Source of the DNA: Camelus dromedarius
Taxonomy: Eukaryota
Reading direction: 5' to 3'
NCBI RefSeq assembly: GCF_036321535.1
Contig: NC_087437.1
Location: 119,290,001-119,354,000 of the forward strand
DNA: 64,000 nucleotides
Below, one piece after another: positions 1 through 11,760 of this stretch (within the stretch, counting starts at the first letter, position 1; each line of letters begins with the position of its first letter). Both the position numbers and the translations under genes were made by a program. A model generated the notes under the pieces. The model was not told the DNA's origin. It ran no database searches and worked only from the letters and a program-made list of their open reading frames with translations.

Positions 1-760
1 GCCCTTTAGAATACTGCATTGATTTTTCTATGACTCCCGAGATAAAACCTAAACTCTACAGACCGGCATACAAGGGTCTTCGTGTTCTGATCGCAACTTA
101 TCTCTTCACCCATACTGGACACTCCTGACCTGCACACCCAATTTCCACCAACTAGCTTTCTCACCTTTCTTCTACTTGGCTAACTTCTACAGAAAGATCC
201 AGCTGAAATGTCACCGTAAGCCGGGCAGGTGTCTACTGGGCAAAGAGAGAGCTCATTACTGAGGCCGAGGCCGGGGCTGGCTCACCTGTACGGCTCCAGC
301 ATCCATCCCAGAACTCACCAGGTGGCAGCTTTCTTTTTGTAAGAGTGCTTGTGGCTTTAAATCCTACTGATCGACGACTCCCAAATCTGTTTGTCTGCTC
401 AGACTTCTCCTCGGGACTCTTCCATTACAGGCTACCCTACCTGTCCAGGACAGTACATATGCCCCATCCCTACCTCTGCCCGCACACCTGCCTGTCCTCA
501 CATATTCCCTACTTAGCTGGTGTGCTGCCAACCACCAGGCCTCCCAAACTAGAAACCTCTTCTCTTCCCTCTAGCCAGTGACCACACCTGTCAAGCCTTG
601 CTCGTACACAGCTCTAGAGTTTGGTCTCAAACCCATTGGCTTTGGGGCCAACTAAAATTGTTCCTCCAGTCATCTCCCCCTCATCCAGAGACTCTCTCAA
701 TAAATTAGCCCCTCTTTTGTTACACGCCTAATATGTCCTGCCACAAACAGGGCATAAAGT
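1..760 (+). mobile_element. Degraded L2 LINE fragments (in ZBTB21 intron 1)
   Basis: Pyrimidine-rich stretches resembling the L2 consensus (e.g. 'ctggctaacttctac...tccagctgaaatgtcacc', 'cagacttctcctcgggactcttcc'); boundaries approximate. Confidence 0.5.
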
Positions 761-1530
761 TCCTCAAGAGCAGGGGTTATATCCTTTCCAACTTTCAGAT
801 AGCACACTATACATTCAACAGTGCTAAAAGAATGAATTAGAGATTTAGTTAATGTCAGGTGTTCATGATGATAATCACCTACAATGATATATGTACGTCC
901 ATTCTGAGAGCCACGATAACTTCTTTATAACTGAGAATTCCCGTATCATTGCACTCCCTGAGTTTAACTTTCTATTTGTGATCTTCAAACTTCTTAATTT
1001 AAGGTAACAAATGAAAAAGGATGCAGAAGGTGACTTAAGATGTCAATTATGCAAAATGCCAAGGCAAGGCCAAATGACAGCATCCTCCATGAATCAAGGT
1101 GTCCAGTCATTGGAAGATGGGTCTAGTGGGATAACTGAGTGATGGTCCAGAACCCAGCAACAGAGCTCACTTCAGAGGAAGCCACACCATACTCCTGCTG
1201 TAAAGGGCAGACTGACTTTTAGCAAAGCATCATCTGTCTCATGGATATGATATTGATCTTATTTTTTAGTTGAGTATTAGCTCTGGCTTGATTATTTTTG
1301 AAGAACATTAAATGTAAGCATTTTAATGTAAAAAAAATGAATTATTTTTAAGTAAACCAATGCCCCAAATTTCTACTTTTTTTTTTAACATCAATACTTG
1401 GGTAGTGTAGTACTTAAATTTAAATGTAATGACTATTAGTCATTAAGATGGATGAAACATTTACTCTAAGCATCAGAGATTAAAAGTTTTAAAAAAATAA
1501 CTGTCCATGGGTAATCTTTCTAAAATGGAT

Positions 1531-1646
1531 GCGTGCTCCTATACGACTGAAGTATTTATTGTGCTGTACACCAGAAACTGACACAGTGTAAACTGACTAT
1601 ACTTCCATTTAAAAAAATATTTAAAAATTCCAATAAATAAGTAAAT
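1531..1646 (+). mobile_element. Very short 5'-truncated L1 3' end with A-rich tail
   Basis: 'tgctgtacaccagaaactgacacagtgtaaactgactatacttcc' matches the end of the L1 at 8429-9327; flanked by aaatggat at 1523-1530 and 1647-1654 (TSD). Confidence 0.75.
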
Positions 1647-2150
1647 AAATGGATTAACCCACTTTCTTCCAAACAAGGAACCAGAATACAACGCTAGTTC
1701 CTTGTGGATGACTCAGGGTCATGGTTATGAACAATCACTGGACTCTGCTGAATAGGTTGGTGTCCTCATTTGCTAGAAGTGAGCGGGACTGTTAGCTCCT
1801 GCCCTAAGACCCCCCCAGGCTGCTATACGGAACGGGGTCTGGTTAATGTCTTCCCCCACCTCCCACTGCCAGGCAATCGCGCTGGAGAATGTCTCTAAAA
1901 TCACCCCGCCCCCAAACGTGCTGCAACAGTGGCATCCTCCAGAACCACGCGGCCCGGTGGTTGAAGTGCATAGCAACCGGGTTAAGGGCCAGGACTGAGG
2001 GGCGCTCCTGCGGTCAAAGGCTTGCTCTTTGGTAGTAGTCTAGGGAACCTGCTCCAGATAAGCGGTCTGAGTAATAAGAGAAAACCACCATGGGGACTCC
2101 GGCCAGCCGAGGTCTTTGGGCTGGGGTCTCCAGCGCGGCTGGTCGGGACG

Positions 2151-2179
2151 CACCCCACCCCACCCCACCCCACCCCACC
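2151..2179 (-). repeat. (CACCC)5+ repeat; (GGGGT)n G-quadruplex-forming run on minus strand
   Basis: caccccaccccaccccaccccaccccacc read directly. Confidence 0.85.
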
Positions 2180-2894
2180 GCCTCCAGTTGCAGATTTTGG
2201 ACTGGGGCTTTCTCGAGTGGGGAGCCCTCCGCATTCCAGCAGAGGCGCTTGCGGGCCAGCAGAGAGACTGTGCCCTGCGGCGGGCGGCGGAGAGTCGGGG
2301 AAGCGGGTCCGCTCGGGGGTCTGCGGAAGGCCCGCCCGGGGGTCTGCGGAGGGCCGGCCCGGGGCAAGCAGTCCACTCTGGTTACTGGTTGGTTGTGCCG
2401 GCGGCCGCCAGGCGGGGCCCGAGGGGCGGTGGGACGGTGGCGCAGGCCGCGGCAGGTGCGGGGTCCCACCGCCCCCCCAGCTTCCGCGCACACTGCCGCG
2501 CAACGGCGGACATCTCCATGCGGGCCGGGACGGAGCACGCGCCCGCGGCCGGAAGGCGCCCCAACAGCTCCGCGCAGGGGCACCTGGCCCGGCGAGGGAA
2601 GCCCAGTGAGGGACGGAGCGTGCGCAGTGGCGAGGGAGAGGCCAAGTGCGGGCAACGAGCATGCGCAGTGTGAAGGCACGATCGGCTACGTGGGAGCCCG
2701 GGGCATGCTCGGTGAGAGCCGGGCCCGGCGCACGCGCAGAAGCGCTCGGAGCTCGCAACCCGCTGGCGGAGAGAAAAAGGAGGAGAGAAATCACCTCAGA
2801 GTTACGTCAGGAAAGGCCGCGTTTTGCGGGGAGGCTGTGGCCTCCCACGGAGCCCCGCAGTTCTCCTGGGGCGAGGGGCGTGACAGTTACTCAC

Positions 2895-3000
2895 CGGTCT
2901 TCAGCCCCGAGGCAGGCACCGGGCCCCTTTCCGCTCACACTCGGCTCGCGCGCGCCGCAGCCGCCGCTGCCGCTGTGATTCCATCCATCTTGAATTTGAC
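2895..3000 (-). other. ZBTB21: ZBTB21 (ZNF295) first, non-coding exon (5' UTR); TSS approximate
   Basis: Minus strand reads CAAGATGGATGGAATCACAGCGGCAGCGGCGGCTGCGGCGCGCGCGAGCCGAGTGTGAGCGGAAAGGGGCCCGG...GAAGACCG|GTGAGTAAC, with a strong donor at 2895/2894. It resembles my recollection of the human ZBTB21 5' UTR; orientation and ~60 kb distance to UMODL1 fit human synteny. Confidence 0.75.
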
Positions 3001-3090
3001 GTCATCCCACACCAGGGATGAGGTCATCGCAGGCAGCGCTCGTCACGTGCGCGGCTCTGCGATTGGCCGCCAGGCGCCGGGGGGCGGGGC
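2985..3090 (-). promoter_or_regulatory. ZBTB21: ZBTB21 core promoter motif cluster
   Basis: YY1-like CAAGATGG (2985-2992, minus), full CRE TGACGTCA (2997-3004), TGAGGTCA (3019-3026), GTCACGTG E-box (3042-3049), CCAAT (3062-3066, minus), GC box GGGGCGGGGC (3081-3090). NRF1-like GCATGCGCAG lies in intron 1 at 2659-2668. Confidence 0.7.
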
Positions 3091-4165
3091 GAGGGAGGCG
3101 CGCGGCGCGGAGGGCCGGGCGAGGGCGGGCCTGACGGGAGCCGGGCCACCGCCGCCGCGTCGTGCCGCGCGCCTTCCGCCCGTTTCCTCCCCCCGCCGCC
3201 GCCCGCGGACTGCCCGGAGAGGAGGCGGCGGGGAGAGCGCCGCGAAGACACGCGCCCGGCGGGGCGCGCGGGTGGTGCCTCCCCACGCCGGCCCCGCGCG
3301 TGGCCGTGGCGCCTCCGCTCGCCCCTCGGAGGGCGGTTTTCCGACGGAAGCGCCGCGGTGCTCGGCTCCAGGTGCCTCCCGGCCGCTCGCCGCCGCACCC
3401 GCGCGGCCCAGCGGCGTGGGGGCGCGCGGGACGCGGACCCGCCGGGAGCGACCTTGAGCGCCGACACTTCTCCCACCTGGGCGGTCGGGTCGCCAGGGCC
3501 CTCGGGGGTGTCCTGGCTGAACAAGGCCTCCAGGTTCCTGCCGCTGGAGCAGGTTGGGCAGCCGCTTGTCACCCAAGGGTGGCATCTGCTTGCCAGCTGC
3601 GTGTTCACGGACAGAACCCCTCACCTGTCCTGGGCATCGAGTTGATCACTGCGCAGTCAACTTATTTTCTCAAATACCAGTTCTCGTTGCATATCTCACA
3701 GACTGCCCTTTTCTTGCATGAACATCACAAGTCCATCAGTTAGAAAACTCAATTCACTTTCATACAAAACCAGGAAATTAGTAGAAGTGCCAACCTGCAA
3801 ACACTAACTGTACAGAAAGGTTCTGTTGGACAAGCTAACCGAACATCTGGCTGTGTTCCCCAAAGCTGGAACAGATCAGATTGCAAGGGGAAGGGGCTTG
3901 CCTTTTGAAGCGATCGTTTCAGGACAGATGTTTAAGTTTTTGGATTTTAAATCTATGTTATTTAATATTTTTTAAATGTCTTAATTTTCAAATTAATTTT
4001 TAAAACAACCTATGCATGTTACCCTAGGTAAAATAATTTATGAAATGTTTGGGGAATATGTGTGAAATAATCTTGCCTGAGGTTGATAAAAATTAAAGAA
4101 TTGTTCTGAAATTAACAGCTCTATTGTCAATTGTTTTAGTTTCAGTCATTTTAAGAGGCCCTAGA

Positions 4166-4287
4166 GGGGGAGATATAGTCCAGAGGTAGCACATTTGCTT
4201 AGCATGCGGGAGGTCCTCGGCTCAATCCCTAGTACCTCCTCTAAAAATAAATTAATAAATAAACATAATTACCACTCCCCCCCCACA
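4166..4287 (+). mobile_element. tRNA-derived SINE (camelid Vic-1-like)
   Basis: Degenerate A/B boxes 'gatatagtccagaggtag...ggctcaatccctagtacctcc' followed by an (AATA)n-like tail and C-rich end; same family as the copy at 38760. Confidence 0.8.
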
Positions 4288-4689
4288 AGTACTTAATCTC
4301 AAAGGAAGAGTCTTGCACATAAAATTTCTCTTTTGCAACTATTTAAAACCTTATAAAAATGTCTTTGTATTTTGAACTGAATGGTGGTAGAGCAAGAAGT
4401 AGCTTTGTACGTAAAAGAACAATGCTTGCAAGTCTTTCAAAGGGCCTCAAGTTTTAGGGGCACCTGTGATGAGGCCAGGTGAGCACATTTTGTCGTTCCC
4501 GTGTGACAGGCGAGAAAACCAATAGGATCTGTGTAGCCAGAGCAGAGCTAGAAGTCGGCTTTCTCGTTTTCAGTGTACTCTACCATGTGCCAAAAGCATA
4601 CCCTCTACCTGCGTGCCTTCTGCGGCCTCAGGAAGATGCAAGTTGGCGCCTCCTCTTTAAGCCATGTGATCAGGCCACTTCACTAAAAG

Positions 4690-5720
4690 GGGCCTGACTG
4701 CCAAACCCAGCAGAACCTTGCAGTCTACTCTTGGCCTCTTTGATCTGAGACTCTCTATCAATTCCTTCTTCAAACCTATTTGTTTCAGTGATGTCTTACT
4801 CCCCTGGATTTTCTACCCCTTACCTGACCTCTGTTCTTGGCCGCCTGTGTTAGCTCCTCTGCCCGAACCGTCCTCACTGAGGGTCTCCTGGCATTCTGAC
4901 CTTGGCGCTCCTGTTCCACTCCCCCAGCACAGGTCCGTCCATCCCTGGGACATTGGCCCAGTTGCCTGAGCCAGGGCCTCTCACCAAGTCCAGGCCATCT
5001 GCCTCTTGAGTGTTCCTCTGATAAGGTAACCATGGTCTGGTCCAGAAACTTCCTAACTGCTCTCCCAGCCCCTAGGTTTTCCCCTTTTCATCCACCCTCC
5101 TATTGCGGTCAAAGTGATCTTTTTAAAAAGTGAGAGGCATCACGCCACTCCCTTGCTGATGTTTTTCAAGTAACATCCTAATTTCATAACATAACCGACC
5201 AGGCGAGTGACAACCCACCTCTGTCCCGTGTCCCCCAGCACCCACACAGGCACACATCTTCTCAGAACAAGTCACTTTGTCTCGCACCTCTGAGTGTCCT
5301 CCTGCGATGTGCTCTCCCCCTCAGTTCTTATGCCCCCCACGCCGTGCACACCTGACTTCCCCTCGATACTTTTATCTTGCTGGTCACGTGACTTCCTCCA
5401 GGATTCCCCCACCCCCTTCCCCAGTTGCCACTCCTTGGCCTCATTCTGGGTTGAGTTCTCCCCGTCTGTGGATTGAGTGTTATCCATCCGCTGATGCATC
5501 CCAGTGGGACATCTAGCACCACATGCGTGTGTATTTATTTAGACGTAGTTGACGTCCTTGATACGGCTAGCTTCTTAGAAGACATCACCCTTTGGATAAC
5601 CTACAGCTCTGAGCTCAGCAAGCGTGTAGCTGAGCTTCCTGTCTGCCTTCTCCCTTCCCTTAAACCTGTTTTTCTTTCCCTGCCCCTGCCCCGTCCTACT
5701 TAGTGGGGCTGCCCTGTCAC
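4690..5720 (+). mobile_element. Degraded L2 fragments
   Basis: L2-like motifs such as 'cttcctaactgctctccc...caaagtgatcttttaaaaag...tcacgccactcccttgct'; approximate. Confidence 0.5.
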
Positions 5721-6614
5721 TCAAGCTGGAAGCGTGATGATGACTTTAGACTCTCTCTCCCTCTGTATCTGCATTCAGCCGTCACTCAGTCCTACCTCCC
5801 CACCTCTGAACACCAGCTCCATCCTCACCTGCCCTCCTGGTGCTCTTCCTGGCCCCCAGGGCCTCTCACCAACAATTGTAGCCACTCAGCCAAGTTCCTT
5901 CTTGGGATTTGTGCCTTCCCGTCCCAGTCCAGTCCAGTTTTAGTCCAATTTATTTCTCTAAGTGCAAATCCGATGTTATCCGCAGCCCCAGTGCTGGCAG
6001 AGCCCACAAAGTGGTGGAGACAACTTCCAGGCTTCCCCGCCACACCAGGTGCTCCGGCCACGCACCGTGGGCACAGGCACTGCCCAGGTGCCCTTTCCCT
6101 ACTCCGTCTGCCGGCAGATCCGATTTCCCCTTCAGGCCTCCGCCCAAGGCCTCCTGCCTCTGTGCTTCCGAGGCTCTGCTGTAACAACTCTTCATGTATC
6201 CCTGCCTGCTCGCAGGCCCCCTGCCCACTGGCGTGTGGAGCCCCCTGGTGCAGAGACCGTGCCTGTTAACCCACGTATTCCCCGAGCTTTGGGCCTGTTG
6301 CTAGCATTGTGTCCTGGGCCACCTGCCCTGGACGGCCAGTCTTCCCGCAGTAACTGTGTCACAGCAGTGTCTGAGTTTGTGGTGTTAGAAATGCTATAAC
6401 TCGACTTGTCTGTGTGTCTCGTACCCAGCCAGCGTCCCCTCTCATCAGCTGGGGGAGGGGGTCTCTCTGGATTTAAACACATCAGCCCCTGCGTGCTGCG
6501 AGCTGGGAAGCTGGAACCAGCTGGGATTCTCCGTTTCATTGTGAACTGGCGTCAAGAGGTCCAAGCAGGGTGGGTGGTAGTCCCCTTAAACAGCAGGTTA
6601 GGGTAGAGGCTGGT

Positions 6615-6928
6615 GGATTCATTCTCTGTGGCTTCTGTAATAAGTTACCGTAAGCTCAGTGACTTAAAACAGCAGCCATTCATTCTCTCATGGTTCTGGA
6701 GGCCTGAAGTTCAAAATCAGTACCACTGGGTGGAAATCGAGGTGTTGGCAGGACCACACCCCCTCTGGAGGATACAGGGAGAACCCCTGGTGGCCCCCAG
6801 CCCATGGTGGCTCGTGGCCTCTCTCCTATAAGGACACCTGCAAAGACCCCTTTTCCATTTAAGGTCACATCACAGGTTCCAGGCATTGGGACCTGACATC
6901 TTTGCAGGCTAGTATTTAATCCACTGCA
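6615..6928 (-). mobile_element. MaLR solo LTR (MLT1B/C-like)
   Basis: Typical MLT1 text 'gacttaaaacagcagccattcattctctcatggttctggaggcctgaagttc...tgcaaagacccc...aaggtcacatcacagg'. Confidence 0.8.
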
Positions 6929-7423
6929 TGTGAGGACAGTGTTCCTGGTTGCGTGTTAGCAGAGGGGGAAGGTCTTTGAAAAGTGTATGATGTAGGAAAA
7001 AAGAGAGAGAAGGGAATGAGACGTGAAGTGTGTGACTGTGTGAAAGCTTGATGACAGCCAACCTCCTCGTGAATGCCACGTCCGATGCTCAGTGAGCCCC
7101 AGCCTGATGCCGGGGTGGACCCCTGTTCTCTCTCGAGCATGGCTGAAGTGGGGTCACGTTAAGTGTCTGTCCCACTGGCTTCTGACTGTCGTGAAGCTGG
7201 GTCTACACATCATGGTGAGAACAGGGAGGGTGCCCTGCTGAGGTGTCAGTCTGCCGTGCTCTTCCCTTTCTTGGCAGGACCTGATCACCCCTCAGCCCTC
7301 TTCCCACCGCCCTGGTCCTTCAAGATCTTAAGCCCCTTTGAGGTCCTCCATTCAGCCGACAGTCCCTACTAATGAGGACCTGCACACCAGTTCCTAGCAG
7401 CCCTTTTGCCTTCGGGAGAGGAC

Positions 7424-7465
7424 AGTGTGTGTGTGTGAGTGTGTGAGTGTGGGTGTGTGTGTGTG
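7424..7465. repeat. Imperfect (TG)n microsatellite
   Basis: Read directly. Confidence 0.85.
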
Positions 7466-8428
7466 ATGGCAGTTGTAATTCTGGGTATTTGATTACGAAA
7501 TGTACAATCAGAACCCGCGTTTAGCTGGGATTTCTCAGGTGCCGCTCCGTAAGCTGCTCTCATGGGAGATGGTGAGGGGGGTTCTTTTAAAGGCCACACC
7601 GTGGGGTTCCTTGGGTCAAGGAAGATGGATCCATGTGCCTAGGCCAGGGCATGGGGCGAAGGAAGGTGGCCCCCGTGGAACTAGAGTCTGCCTGCCACTG
7701 CGATCGGGCCCCCTGCTCTGTAGGAGAATCAGCTGTTCTGCTCACGAGGCTCGTAAAGGCTGGAACGCGGAGGAGCGGACCCAGGTCTGACAGCAAAGGC
7801 TGAGACCTTCAAGTAAGCTGCTCTGAAAATATTTCAGATGTGTTGCAGGGGTTTGTTAACTGGTCAGCCTTTTATCTTCTTTTTCTCCTAAAGGGGTGAA
7901 TCCAGAGCTCAGAGCTCTGGTTAGCTGATTCGGGAAGGGAGAAAGGTGTGCAGCTGGGGAAGCGAGGAGGCAGGAAGCAGAGGGCTTGACGAGTGAGTTG
8001 GCTGACAAGCTACTTACTCTGTAAGGGGGACGTCTGTGGCGATGTGGAGGGGGTCCATCTCTGGGCCATCTCTCCTTCCCCCTCTCTGCCTTCAGCTTTA
8101 GGATCCATGTGGCTGCTGTGACCCAGGCTCTGCGGCTGCAAAGATGAATACCAGGTGGTCCCTGCCCTCAAGGAACTGGCATCCTCTCTGAAGAAACAGA
8201 CATGAACCGTCAGTCCAGGTGGTAAAGGCCCTGAGACTCATGTGTGCTCAGGATTGTGGGGCCCTAGGTGCGGTGGTCCTGTCTCTCTCAGTGACCCAAA
8301 TGTGGGGAGGGCCTGAGGCTGGAGGTGGTCCTGCCAGCCTCTGTCCTCTCAGTCCAATGAACAAAGCTCTGGAGTCAGTCACTACCTGCTTCCCTTAAAT
8401 GGCCACAAATCAAGGAGTTCCAGCTTCA

Positions 8429-9327
8429 ACATTCAGATGGCCAACAGGCACATGAAATCCTGCTCACTATCACTAATTATCAGAGAAACGCAAATCAAAA
8501 CTACAATGAGTTATCACCTCATACCAGTCAGAATGGCCATCAATCACAGGTCTAAAACTTTAAATGCTGGAGAGGGTGTGGAGAAAAGGGAACCCTCCTA
8601 CACTGTTGATGAGAATGTAGTTTGGTGCAGCCATCGTGGTAAACAGTATGGAGATTCCTCAAAAAACTAAAAATAGACTTACCCTATTGATCCAGCTATC
8701 CCACTCCTGGGCGTATATCTGAAAGGAACTCTAATTCAAAAAGACGCATGCACTCCAGTGTTCATAGCAGCACTATTTACAATAAACAAACATGGAAGCA
8801 ACCTAAATGTCCATCAACAGATGACTGGATAAAGAAGTTGTGGTATATTTATACAATGGAATACTACTCAGACATAAAAAGAATAAAGTAATGCCATTTG
8901 CTGCAACATGGATGGACCTGGAGATCATCATTCTAAGTGAAGTAAGCCAGAAAGAGAAAGAAAAATACCATATGATATCACTTTATGTAGAATGTTAAAA
9001 AAATGACACAAATGAACTCATCTACAAAACAGAATCAGACTCACAGACACAGAAAACAAACTTATGGTTATTGAGGGGGAGAGGAAGTGGGAGGGAAGGG
9101 ATAAATTGGGAGTTTGAGATTTGCAAGTACTAACTACTATATATAAAATAGATAAACAGCAAGCCTACTGTGTAGCATAGGGAACTATATTCAATATCTT
9201 GTAGTGACCTATAATGAAAAAGAATATGAAAAGGAATATATGTATGTATGTGTATGACTGAAACATGATGCTGTACACCAGAAATGGACACAACACTGTA
9301 AACTGACTATACTTCAATTAAAAAAAA
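8429..9327 (+). mobile_element. 5'-truncated L1 (ORF2 C-terminus + 3' UTR + poly-A), artiodactyl/camelid type
   Basis: ORF 8437-8670 ([34 protein letters not shown]...) is the L1 ORF2 C-terminal region; 15-bp TSD ggagttccagcttca (8414-8428) / ggagctccagcttca (9332-9346). Confidence 0.95.
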
Positions 9328-10879
9328 GATGGGAGCTCCAGCTTCACCCCTGACGTAGCTTGTGCTGGGTCCAGGACAGGCTGGCGGGAGCTGACCATCA
9401 TTGGGGATTTCTAGACTGTGACACCAGGTTGTGGGAGAAAGATGAACTCAGCACAGGGCACTGGTCGGGTGGCCCTTTCCAAACAGCAGTTTATTTCGTG
9501 GAGCTGCCCGTGGAATGGTGCTGTTTCTCACCAAGGCACTCCAAACAACTGAGCACGCTTGTCCAACTTGGAACTCAAGCTTCGTGCGTTTCTGTGCACA
9601 CAGTGAATAGAGGGTTAAAAGTGCTGACTGCATTGATCTGACCCTGAAGCCATTTTTCAAAAGATCAAAGATGTCACTGGTTTTTGTTTCTTTTTCCTTT
9701 TTTTTTTTTTTTTTAAATCTTGGAGACGTTAGAGCTTTACCTCTTTCCTTCTGGTGAGAGTCAGTCTTGTTGACCCTGGTCCAGAATGTGATTCACCCAA
9801 CTGAAAACAGAAATATGAACGTGCATTTAAATTTGATTTTAAAAGTGCTCACTGTACTTCATCTTATTTCCCAGGATCATTTTGATATTTGGCATGTTTT
9901 ATGCTGTAAGTTTGACACATTTAAGCATGTTTAGTAGTTCCCCCCTCCACTGATAGGAAAAAAGCGGTGGTAGAACTAGACTTGATAAAGGCATTATAGA
10001 ACTTGAAGTGTGCTTATGAAGCAGTCTCATGAAAACTGGGCCAAATGATTAAATCTGTTTTCTCTGTTGGAGAGCCCCTCCTCCCAACATGTGACTCAGT
10101 TGATTTGATACACTGTCTGCTTCCCTGGTATCTGTGACATTGCTACTTCTGATAATAGATGCCGTGTTCCTTTTGTGCTTCCTTACTTTATTCATAAGGT
10201 AGGCAAATTATTGTCCACGTTTCAACACTTTGAAAGTTGACAGGTGGTACTGAGCAATGACCGAGAACCACAGTGAGGCCATCTGAGCTGTTCCCAAGAC
10301 TGCACATGTAATTCACTTGATGTATCGTTGGCTGCGGTAACTCCAGAATTCTCAAAGGACGCTTGGAAGTATTCCCAAGTTTTGACTTACAAAAATCAAC
10401 TAAATAAAAAAAATAAGATATTTGGAGTATGGGATAGGGAGGTAAGGGTGAAAAACGCTTGGGCACCCCTCTGAAATCTGGTTTCCTTTTCGGATTCAGT
10501 TCTCCCCTCGCAATCAGTGGGCTGGAGCGGTTGACTTCATCATCATGACATGCTTATCAAAATACAGTGACCACTCTGCCATCAGCAGTGTAATAATTAT
10601 TCCAAAATTAAGTGCCGTGCCCTTTCTCCTGGGCTTGAAGCCGGCTCATCAGAATTTTGAATTAAAACTAAAACCCCCTCTCAGTGCTGCAAGAAACGGG
10701 GCCTCGCTTTCTTTGTTGTTGCCTTTTACTTTCCAGTAGACTGAGTGGCCTATTTTGGGCTCAGGTACCAAAAAAATCTAAGTGGCCAAGATAATTGCAC
10801 TAAAGTAGAAACCATCAATTGTTTTAGCAGGTATAAACTAACTTTCAGGAAAGCATTCACTGCTCAGATAATTTTTAAA

Positions 10880-11107
10880 ATTTTCTTTTAAACAATTTAA
10901 TTGTGGCAAGATTTCTGTACAATAAACTACACATATTTCAGATGTACAATTTGACGAATTTTGATAGATGCCCACACCCATGAAACCACCACCACAGTCA
11001 AGATAGTGAGCATTTCCGTCACTCCCCAAAAGCTGCAAATCTCAGGCTCCTAATTTATCCCTTCCCACCCCCTTTACCCACTGGTAACCATAAGTTTGTC
11101 TCTGTGT
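10880..11107 (-). mobile_element. Old L1M 3' end joined to a short younger L1 3' UTR fragment
   Basis: 'tttaattgtggcaag...tgtacaatttgacgaattttgatagatg...catttccgtcactcccc', then 'tgcaaatctcaggctcctaatttatcccttccc...gtaaccataagtttg', the reverse complement of sequence at ~9056-9125. Confidence 0.7.
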
Positions 11108-11539
11108 CAGATAATATTTGGGGCCAAATATGTACAAGAATGTAAAGAGACAAGAAGGTAAAACTGTACCAATGATTCCTCACCAGGTTTATTATAAACA
11201 CAAAATGTCGCCAAGCGCAGCTGAGCTGGTGTGGAGAATGTTACTGAAATCAACACGCCTCCAGGTCTGAGACTTGACTTCAATTGGAAGATAAATGAAG
11301 GGAAATGAGAACCTTCCTTTGGCTGAGAAACCAGGGTTTAATTCCGAAATTGGGAACGATGAGCCAAGTGTCACTGATCACAGTGAAAGAAAATTTGAGC
11401 TGCAGTGCTGTTGTTAGGCATGGCTGGTCTGGCTGAGACGGAGCCACACACATGCATGGGGTGTTGATCCTTTTCTTCTTATGGAGGTGGGCACTGAGAG
11501 GCAGGGTAGGAGAGGCTGAGGGTGTGGCGATGAGACCAC

Positions 11540-11760
11540 CAGTCCTGGGTGCAACAGTCAGCTCTTCCATTTCATAGCTGGGTGGCCCCGGGCAAGTTAC
11601 ATCACCTCTGCCACCTGCGTCCACGAAACAGGAGCGGTGGCCGTCAGCACCTCCGCAGGTCGTGGATGAGGGTGGAATGAGATAATAAAGGTCAAATGCT
11701 CAGCACTGCCTGGCATATAGCAGGCATTCAACGAGAATTAGGTATTAATGTTATTATTTC
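11540..11760 (+). mobile_element. MIR SINE
   Basis: MIR core 'gggcaagttacatcacctctg' and 3' end 'atgctcagcactgcctggcatatagcaggcattcaa'. Confidence 0.75.

Larger units (their letters stand above)
1900..3560. promoter_or_regulatory. ZBTB21: CpG island over the ZBTB21 promoter, exon 1 and start of intron 1
   Basis: Very high GC and CpG density over ~1.6 kb, with canonical promoter motifs and a minus-strand splice donor. Confidence 0.9.

Noticed and set aside
1982..3743. Long overlapping ORFs, e.g. 2090..3457 (455 aa) and 1982..2794 (270 aa)
   Set aside because: They are Arg/Gly/Pro/Ala low-complexity products open in most frames because the CpG island lacks stop codons; no recognisable domain.
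4166..4287. tRNA-like sequences here and at 24597, 31769 and 38760 as tRNA genes
   Set aside because: They have A-rich tails, TSDs in some copies and degraded stems, so they are tRNA-derived SINEs.
8437..8670. 77-aa ORF (and 23998..24393) as host genes
   Set aside because: They are fragments of L1 ORF2 in 5'-truncated, frameshifted copies.
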